Origin: a virus
IMG/VR virus record: IMGVR_UViG_3300037851_000500
Location: 32,001-96,000 of that record
Length of the DNA stretch: 64,000 nucleotides
Reading direction: 5' to 3' (one strand)
Part shown: positions 58,129 through 64,000 of the stretch, in pieces
Position numbering within the stretch: the first letter of the stretch is position 1
Layout: every line of letters starts with the position of its first letter
Notes under the pieces: generated by a model
Told to the model about the DNA's origin: nothing
The model's database searches: none
Seen by the model: only the letters and a program-made list of their open reading frames with translations
Position numbers and translations under genes: made by a program

Positions 58129-59064
58129 ATGAAAAAAATCACTTTTCTGTTTATCCTGTTTATTATTCTAACCACTAATTCTTATGCATTTACAAGTGCA
58201 AATTGCCCAATTGATCCAAAAGAAACAAATCCAGTTTATAATAACAATTTTAATCCCAGTAATACATTTAATCCCAGTAATACATTTAATCCCAGTAATA
58301 CATTTAATCCCAGTAATACATTTAATCCCAGTAATACATTTAATCCCAGTAATACATTTAATCCCAGTAATACATTTAATCCAACAAACACGAACACGAA
58401 CACGAATTCTATTAATTACAAAGCAAAATATGAAGAAGCAAGAGAGATGGCAACAATAATTACTCATGCAGTTACTACAGAGTTGCAATTTAAAGAGGGC
58501 GCTCACTCTGAAAAGACCGATTCAAGAGTAATTAAAGTAGATGAGATTATTGAACTATTAGATGTCTTGGAGTATGAGGAATGTAAACGTGGCAAAGGTG
58601 GAGAGGGGGATGTAAAAATTGTGGATGGCCTTATTAGACCCCAATTTCACAAAACAAAAGAAATTAAATTTCATAAAAATATGAATCAATTTAATAAGGC
58701 CAATTATAGATTTATTGGTTGGGTTACAGGAATTGCCGGGACAAATGATGTTAGTATGGAGAATGTTGTTTATAGTGCTGGACAATTTGGTATGGATAAT
58801 GGAGCTACGGATATAATCAAAATAAAGGAATCCTCTACAGAGTGGGGCGATACCACTGGGTATGCCTTTGATCTGGGTGGATTCGTTACATCCATTATAG
58901 GTGGTGTGGGTAGAAATTCAATTGGTCCTGGTGGTTCCGGTAATGCTGGAATTAATGGTATGAAAGGTGGAAGTGCTGATAGAAGTGATGTAAAATTTGC
59001 ATTATTTGTTTCAAATGAAAAATTAAAAGAAGTTAGTGAAAAGTATTCTCAAAAAAATAAATAA
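58129..59064 (+). CDS. Secreted protein with FNPSNT tandem repeats
   Basis: AGGAGG RBS, signal peptide ending SYA, repeat linker, then a globular C-terminal domain. Confidence 0.8.
   Translation: MKKITFLFILFIILTTNSYAFTSANCPIDPKETNPVYNNNFNPSNTFNPSNTFNPSNTFNPSNTFNPSNTFNPSNTFNPSNTFNPTNTNTNTNSINYKAKYEEAREMATIITHAVTTELQFKEGAHSEKTDSRVIKVDEIIELLDVLEYEECKRGKGGEGDVKIVDGLIRPQFHKTKEIKFHKNMNQFNKANYRFIGWVTGIAGTNDVSMENVVYSAGQFGMDNGATDIIKIKESSTEWGDTTGYAFDLGGFVTSIIGGVGRNSIGPGGSGNAGINGMKGGSADRSDVKFALFVSNEKLKEVSEKYSQKNK
58249..58382 (+). repeat. 18-bp perfect tandem repeat x7 plus a partial copy
   Basis: TTTAATCCCAGTAATACA x7 with no spacers. Confidence 0.95.
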
Positions 59065-59085
59065 GGTTATGGGTAAAAATGTACA

Positions 59086-59120
59086 ATTTAGGGGGAGGAA
59101 TTAATTTCTTCCCCCTAAAT
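59086..59120. terminator. Stem-loop after the secreted repeat protein gene
   Basis: ATTTAGGGGGAGGAA / TTTCTTCCCCCTAAAT. Confidence 0.6.
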
Positions 59121-59164
59121 AATTTAGAGGCAATTTTAAATAAAGAATAAGGAGGCAATTTATT

Positions 59165-59668
59165 TTGAAGCGACTACTTATCGGCCTTGGGGTGATTTCG
59201 TTATTAATGCCCCAATACTGTTTAGGGTCGCCAATTGATGAAGCCATAAATGAAACATTAAATAAATTACATCCGTATGTACCAAATAATATTGCAACAA
59301 AAAACCTTTTAAGATTAACAGCAGCAGTAGAATCAGATAATGGAAAAAATATAAACAATAAATCATCAATTGGTGTTTTTCAATTAACTGGGGCTACTAT
59401 AAAATATGTACAGAATTATATATGCCAAGATGAAAATCTTTATAAAATAGTAGCTCAATTAAAAGAAAAAAGTATTAATCATTATCATGCAGCATTAGCA
59501 ATTATTTATTATGGAATAAGAGTTAATTTATTTGAATTAAAAATTACAAAAAATGTAGATAATATAGATCTTCTATTATTATCTCTTATTTGGAAAAATG
59601 AGTACAATACATATAAGGGCGCAGGAAATGTATTCATAGCAATATACAAATATAAATTGTATTACTAA
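59165..59668 (+). CDS. Lysozyme/transglycosylase-like protein with N-terminal signal or anchor
   Basis: LLxxTAAVES..GVFQL..WKNEYNT.KGAG lysozyme-superfamily pattern. Confidence 0.65.
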   Translation: MKRLLIGLGVISLLMPQYCLGSPIDEAINETLNKLHPYVPNNIATKNLLRLTAAVESDNGKNINNKSSIGVFQLTGATIKYVQNYICQDENLYKIVAQLKEKSINHYHAALAIIYYGIRVNLFELKITKNVDNIDLLLLSLIWKNEYNTYKGAGNVFIAIYKYKLYY

Positions 59669-59741
59669 GAAAGGTGGTTAATTATGCGGTTAATGTGGAT
59701 GATTGATACAAACTCATTAAAAATAAAAGGATATTAATTTA

Positions 59742-59960
59742 ATGGCTATTTCTTCACAACTGGAAACAACTTTCATTTGTAGGAATTGTGGTATTAAGCT
59801 CACGCTCGAAGAAAAAAACATTAAACCTAAAAAACTTTTTGGAAATGAATTAGATAATGCAAAAATATGTCTTATCAGAAAAGCAATGCACGTTGGGTGG
59901 TTATTTGAGACAAGAGACTGTACCTGTCCACAATGTAGAAGTGACAAGGGAAGAAATTGA
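59742..59960 (+). CDS. Small zinc-binding protein
   Basis: CRNC..GW..CPQC. Confidence 0.55.
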   Translation: MAISSQLETTFICRNCGIKLTLEEKNIKPKKLFGNELDNAKICLIRKAMHVGWLFETRDCTCPQCRSDKGRN

Positions 59961-60104
59961 AAAAATAAAAAAAAGAGCAATAAGTTGTTTAGGAACGTAC
60001 ACACCCTCTGAAGCAAAATTAAGAGTTGATGCTAAACACATAAAAGAAATATGTGATTTAGCTTTAAAGGTGAAACCAAAAAGATTCAAATTGAGGATAA
60101 AAAA

Positions 60105-60425
60105 ATGCAAAAACTAATTTTAACATTCTTTTCATTATTTATTTTAATATTGATCACTTTATTTGTGTGCAATTGCTCCACTTATAATTTATATGTTATG
60201 CAAATTACACCTTTAGATCAAAAAGAAAAATTAACAAGTAGGGATTTAAAAGAACCGGAACAATCTTCTGCACCAGCAATAGGGGATATGTCTAAAGCAC
60301 CTAATAGAAATTTTACTGATGTTCGCAATTGGGGAAATCTTCTTTATATTGCTGTTGATACACAAACTCCTAAAATAATTTCTCCAAACACATCAATTCC
60401 AGTACAAGTAACTCCTTTACCATAG
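60105..60425 (+). CDS. Membrane-anchored or lipoprotein-like protein
   Basis: N-terminal hydrophobic helix ending CNC. Confidence 0.55.
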   Translation: MQKLILTFFSLFILILITLFVCNCSTYNLYVMQITPLDQKEKLTSRDLKEPEQSSAPAIGDMSKAPNRNFTDVRNWGNLLYIAVDTQTPKIISPNTSIPVQVTPLP

Positions 60426-60437
60426 GAACTAATTACA

Positions 60438-61421
60438 ATGATTAAAATATTAAATCCAGAAGAAGTTAATATAGCAGTTATCGGGGATATAATGCTGGAT
60501 ATTTATAATTATGGTGACGCCATAAGAATATCCCCAGAAGCGCCTGTACCAGTTTTCAATAGTAAAGAAATAAAACTGTTTTTGGGGGGGGCTGCAAATA
60601 CATGGTTAAATTTACGCAATACTGGAGTAAATGCATATTTATTCGGAAGAATTGGAGATGATTATTACGGAACAATTTTAAAGCAATTATTACATACTAA
60701 CAGAGATGATTTTAAAAACACGATTTTCATAGATTTTAAAACACCAACAATAACAAAAGAAAGAATAGTTGCCAGATCACAACAAATAGTAAGAATTGAT
60801 AAAGAATTAATTACCCCTATAACAGAAAATATAGTTAAATTTATTTATTCTGGTCTTGAAGCATTAAATAAAAATAAAAAATTAGATGCTATAATTATTT
60901 CTGATTATGGTAAAGGGATAATTTGTGATAATTTAATAACAGCAATAAAACATGATCCAGCACTTTCATGTATTAAAATATTTGTAGATCCATTTCCAAA
61001 AAATTATAAACTTTATGAGATGGCTAAATATATAACTCCAAATCAAAAGGAATTTGATGAAATTGGTGGTTTAGAGGTTTTACATGACAAATTAAATATT
61101 AACAATGTAATAAGAACAGAGGGAGAAGGTGGAATAACTGTTTTTATTAAAAATATATTTAGTCCTTTTTCATATCACATAGATACAGAACAACAAAATG
61201 TTTATGATGTTTCCGGTGCCGGGGATACCGTAATTGCCATAATATCTTCTATGACAAGTATGGGGTTTGCATTAAAAGATGCTACCTATGCAGCAAATAA
61301 ATGTGCTGGAAGTGTAATTTCACAAATGGGAACAACAGCAGTTGACTCAGAATTTTTTAAAAAGACAATGAATAAAATTATTGATAGTGGTGAGGACTAT
61401 GTTAAAAAACCCAATAATTGA
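60438..61421 (+). CDS. hldA: D-glycero-beta-D-manno-heptose-7-phosphate kinase (RfaE/HldE domain I, HldA)
   Basis: VIGDIMLD..RISPEAPVPV..LGGAAN, QQIVRID, ISDYGKG, TPNQKE, VYDVSGAGDTV. Confidence 0.92.
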   Translation: MIKILNPEEVNIAVIGDIMLDIYNYGDAIRISPEAPVPVFNSKEIKLFLGGAANTWLNLRNTGVNAYLFGRIGDDYYGTILKQLLHTNRDDFKNTIFIDFKTPTITKERIVARSQQIVRIDKELITPITENIVKFIYSGLEALNKNKKLDAIIISDYGKGIICDNLITAIKHDPALSCIKIFVDPFPKNYKLYEMAKYITPNQKEFDEIGGLEVLHDKLNINNVIRTEGEGGITVFIKNIFSPFSYHIDTEQQNVYDVSGAGDTVIAIISSMTSMGFALKDATYAANKCAGSVISQMGTTAVDSEFFKKTMNKIIDSGEDYVKKPNN

Positions 61422-61710
61422 AAATAGAATTGGAAAATTTTTTATAGGAACTAAATATTTAGAAAAAGAACCAAATTTAGTAATGAGAATAATGGGAAAA
61501 TGCATCATTGTAGAAGCTATTAGTCACTATCATACAAACTCAATAGAATACATTGCATATAGTCCATATTTTGAACCTAAAGAACAATATGAACGTGGAA
61601 ATTTTTATAATATTGAAGTAACTGAAGATGAAGAAGGAGTAAAATCTTTTAAATTTGTAAAAGTAATGGACGAAGATAAAATAAAAGTACTAAGAGTAAT
61701 AACATTTTAA
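61399..61710 (+). CDS. Hypothetical protein
   Basis: GAGGA RBS before MLKNP; overlaps the kinase stop. Confidence 0.55.
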   Translation: MLKNPIIENRIGKFFIGTKYLEKEPNLVMRIMGKCIIVEAISHYHTNSIEYIAYSPYFEPKEQYERGNFYNIEVTEDEEGVKSFKFVKVMDEDKIKVLRVITF

Positions 61711-61722
61711 AGGGGGCCAATT

Positions 61723-62583
61723 ATGTCAAGAAAAGCTCTATTAGTTGGGATAAATAACTTTTCTAATATTAGTGGATTAAATGGATGTGTAAATGATACC
61801 TACAATGTTAGAGATATTTTAAAAAATTATTTCAAGTTTGAAAATTCAGATATTAGACTATTAGCAGATAATAGAGCTACAAAACCAGCAATTTTAAATA
61901 GACTTAATGATATGATTTCTACATCTATTGCTGGAGATTTGATAATATTTCATTTATCTTCTCATGGGTCACAAATTAGAGACAGAAATAATGATGAACT
62001 TGCAGATAATTTAGATGAACTATTTTGTTGTTGCGATATGGATTGGGATGATCCAGGAACATTCATATTAGATGATGATCTTGTAGAAATAATTGGGAAT
62101 TTACCAAAAAATGTAAATTTAGAAGTACTATTAGATACGTGCCATTCTGGAACGGGTACAAGGGGGTGTTCAATTAAAAAAGAAGAATTTCCGACAAGAT
62201 ATAGATATACTCCACCACCTCCTGATATTTTTGCAAGAAGTGAGGGCGATGATTTACCAGTAAATAAGATGTTTTCCTCTGTAAAACAAGTAAATGAAAA
62301 TACAAAAGATGTAAATGACCGATTAATTGTTAAAATGGGCCATATTCTTTGGGCAGGATGCAAATCCCATCAAACTTCTGCTGATGCCTATATTAAAGGG
62401 TCATATAATGGTGCTTTTACCTATTACTTCTGTAAACATATTAGAGATGCTAATGGAAAAATTACAAGACCCGAATTATTAAAAAGAATTCGCAGTTCCT
62501 TAAAATATGAAGGGTATGAACAAGTGGTACAAATGGAAACCAATAAAGCCCACTATTATAAGGAGGTATTTTCCAATGGCTAA
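61723..62583 (+). CDS. Caspase-family (peptidase C14, metacaspase-like) protease
   Basis: KALLVGIN, LNGCVND, SSHG (catalytic His), DTCHSG (catalytic Cys), QTSADA..GAFT. Confidence 0.92.
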   Translation: MSRKALLVGINNFSNISGLNGCVNDTYNVRDILKNYFKFENSDIRLLADNRATKPAILNRLNDMISTSIAGDLIIFHLSSHGSQIRDRNNDELADNLDELFCCCDMDWDDPGTFILDDDLVEIIGNLPKNVNLEVLLDTCHSGTGTRGCSIKKEEFPTRYRYTPPPPDIFARSEGDDLPVNKMFSSVKQVNENTKDVNDRLIVKMGHILWAGCKSHQTSADAYIKGSYNGAFTYYFCKHIRDANGKITRPELLKRIRSSLKYEGYEQVVQMETNKAHYYKEVFSNG

Positions 62584-62779
62584 AACTAAAATGCCAAAAA
62601 TTGAAATGTTTATAGATTCAGAAGGAAAATTTCGTTTTAGAATAATAGCAAGAAATGGGAAAACACTTTGTCAAAGTGAGGGGTATTCAAGAAAAACAGA
62701 TTGTACAAAGGCGATCCATGCTTTAACAGATGCAATGTTACAATATGAGTTGGAAAATATTAATATTGTGATGGTATAA
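62576..62779 (+). CDS. YegP/DUF1508 family protein
   Basis: GKFRFRIIARNGKTLCQSEGYSRK; AGGAGG RBS. Confidence 0.85.
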   Translation: MAKTKMPKIEMFIDSEGKFRFRIIARNGKTLCQSEGYSRKTDCTKAIHALTDAMLQYELENINIVMV

Positions 62780-62781
62780 AT

Positions 62782-63006
62782 ATGAGTGAAAACTATTTAG
62801 TAACTCAAGGGCAATTATTAGTTATAAAAAAATTAATTGAACTTGCTGAAATACACCCAATTGTTATAGATGATGCTATAAGGGATATAGACAATATTTT
62901 AAAAAATCAGCATGTTTTTACTTCTAAAAACTCAATTGAAAATAATGTTATAAATATAAAATTATTAAGTAAACATATTAAAAATTTAGAGGATGATGGC
63001 AAATGA
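62782..63006 (+). CDS. Hypothetical protein
   Basis: Tightly packed ORF. Confidence 0.5.
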   Translation: MSENYLVTQGQLLVIKKLIELAEIHPIVIDDAIRDIDNILKNQHVFTSKNSIENNVINIKLLSKHIKNLEDDGK

Positions 63007-63317
63007 GATTTGTATTTGATTTAGACGAAACAATTTGTACCAATTATGGAACAAGTGATTACACAAAGTCAAAACCGTCTTATATAATGGTAGGTATAAT
63101 TAATAAATTATATGAAAAAGGGCATTATATTGAAATAAGAACCGCAAGGGGAAAATCCAGTGGAAAAGACTGGAGAAAACTTACTAAAAAACAACTTAAA
63201 GATTGGGAAATAAAGTTTCATAAACTAAGTTTTAATAAACCAAGTGCAGATTTTTATATTGATGATAAAGCTCTAACACCAAGGATGTTTTTAGACAAAT
63301 TTGCTTGGACAGACTAA
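63003..63317 (+). CDS. Minimal HAD-family sugar-phosphate phosphatase (capsule-biosynthesis phosphatase-like)
   Basis: FDLDETIC, TARG, KP..FYIDDKA. Confidence 0.82.
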   Translation: MRFVFDLDETICTNYGTSDYTKSKPSYIMVGIINKLYEKGHYIEIRTARGKSSGKDWRKLTKKQLKDWEIKFHKLSFNKPSADFYIDDKALTPRMFLDKFAWTD

Positions 63318-63526
63318 TGAAAACATGGAAAGTAATATACTATTCTATTGTTCTTTCCCTTATAATATCTTCATTTATAATTCTTAATAAAACTTTTGAC
63401 AAATTACATATAATTATAGAAGAAAAAAATATAGAAATATCTGTGTTAAATTATAAATTATTAAATTGTAAATTAAACACAATAAATGAAATAAACTCTG
63501 AAAAGGCTAACAATACTGATGAATGA
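63317..63526 (+). CDS. Small membrane protein
   Basis: Single N-terminal TM helix. Confidence 0.45.
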   Translation: MKTWKVIYYSIVLSLIISSFIILNKTFDKLHIIIEEKNIEISVLNYKLLNCKLNTINEINSEKANNTDE

Positions 63527-63836
63527 TTTATCTGATGACAAAAAATCAGAATTATGCTTGAAATGTCTAAAGTGTTGCACCTATATTGCTGTACCATCTA
63601 TAATAGACTCAAATAATGCATTTGTTGTAAACTTTTATAAAACCAGAGGATGTAAAACATTTGTTCACAAAAATATATTAATGATTGTTATTGAATATAA
63701 ATGCCCACATTTAACAGAAAATGGTTGTTCTATTTATGATAAAAGACCTATAATTTGTAAAAATTATGATGGGAGGTTAGACGAAACCATAAAGGTTATG
63801 GGGGATATTTGTTTGTGGGAAAAAGAAAATGGATAA
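63519..63836 (+). CDS. YkgJ family cysteine-cluster protein
   Basis: CLKCLKCC..CPHL..CSIYDKRPIICKNY. Confidence 0.85.
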   Translation: MNDLSDDKKSELCLKCLKCCTYIAVPSIIDSNNAFVVNFYKTRGCKTFVHKNILMIVIEYKCPHLTENGCSIYDKRPIICKNYDGRLDETIKVMGDICLWEKENG

Positions 63837-64000
63837 AAAATATATAATAGCAATTGGTGGGGCTGTTATAAAAACAGCAAGATATGAATTAATAGAAGCG
63901 ATTCAAATAGGAAAAGCTGAAATACTTATCCACAATGGAGGATCTATTTTCCATGATTTTCAGTTAGCTACTGAAATTTTACCAAATAAAAACCATTCTT
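63829..64000 (+). CDS. Deoxyhypusine-synthase-fold protein (GSU2086-like), truncated by window edge
   Basis: Translated by hand: MDKKYIIAIGGAVIKTARYELIEAIQIGKAEILIHNGGSIFHDFQLA. It resembles the G.HVIK..NGA..IHDFE.A motif. Confidence 0.5.
   Translation, partial: MDKKYIIAIGGAVIKTARYELIEAIQIGKAEILIHNGGSIFHDFQLATEILPNKNHS

Noticed and set aside
58249-58382. CRISPR-like array
   Set aside because: The repeats are contiguous with no spacers and lie in frame within a coding gene.
1-64000. tRNA, rRNA, integrase or att site
   Set aside because: No cloverleaf/T-loop signature or recombinase motif was recognised by eye; tRNAscan-SE would be needed to exclude tRNAs formally.

Overview
64 kb from an AT-rich tailed dsDNA phage (siphovirus-type morphogenesis genes), probably infecting a Gram-negative, possibly anaerobic host (inference). 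Bases 1-47.7 kb are one minus-strand late region. In order it holds terS, intein-containing terL, portal, prohead protease, HK97-fold capsid, decoration, neck, tail tube, tail chaperones with a -1 frameshift site, tape measure, tail tip with two paralogous gpJ-like proteins, a large fibre/adhesin block, then lysis-type membrane proteins. Three glycosyltransferases (2 GT9-like, 1 GT2) are embedded among these late genes. Bases 47.8-64 kb are plus-strand genes with near-consensus sigma70 promoters: tandem wHTH proteins, a hairpin-rich possible origin, thymidylate synthase, dNMP kinase, J-domain protein, metacaspase, lysozyme-like protein and scattered heptose/sugar-nucleotide genes. Five free-standing HNH-type endonucleases are present. 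No tRNA, CRISPR array, integrase or reverse transcriptase was seen. Best candidates for new biology: (1) a ruler-templated bead-on-a-string filament built on a 1242-aa protein with about 80 14/15-aa repeats, whose motif recurs once at the C-terminus of the tail terminator; (2) a split phage heptosylation system, with sugar supply in the plus-strand arm and transferases coupled to fibre genes; (3) a perfect 19-bp intragenic inverted repeat in the GT2 gene whose inversion keeps the frame open. All family calls come from motif recognition by eye; no searches were run.
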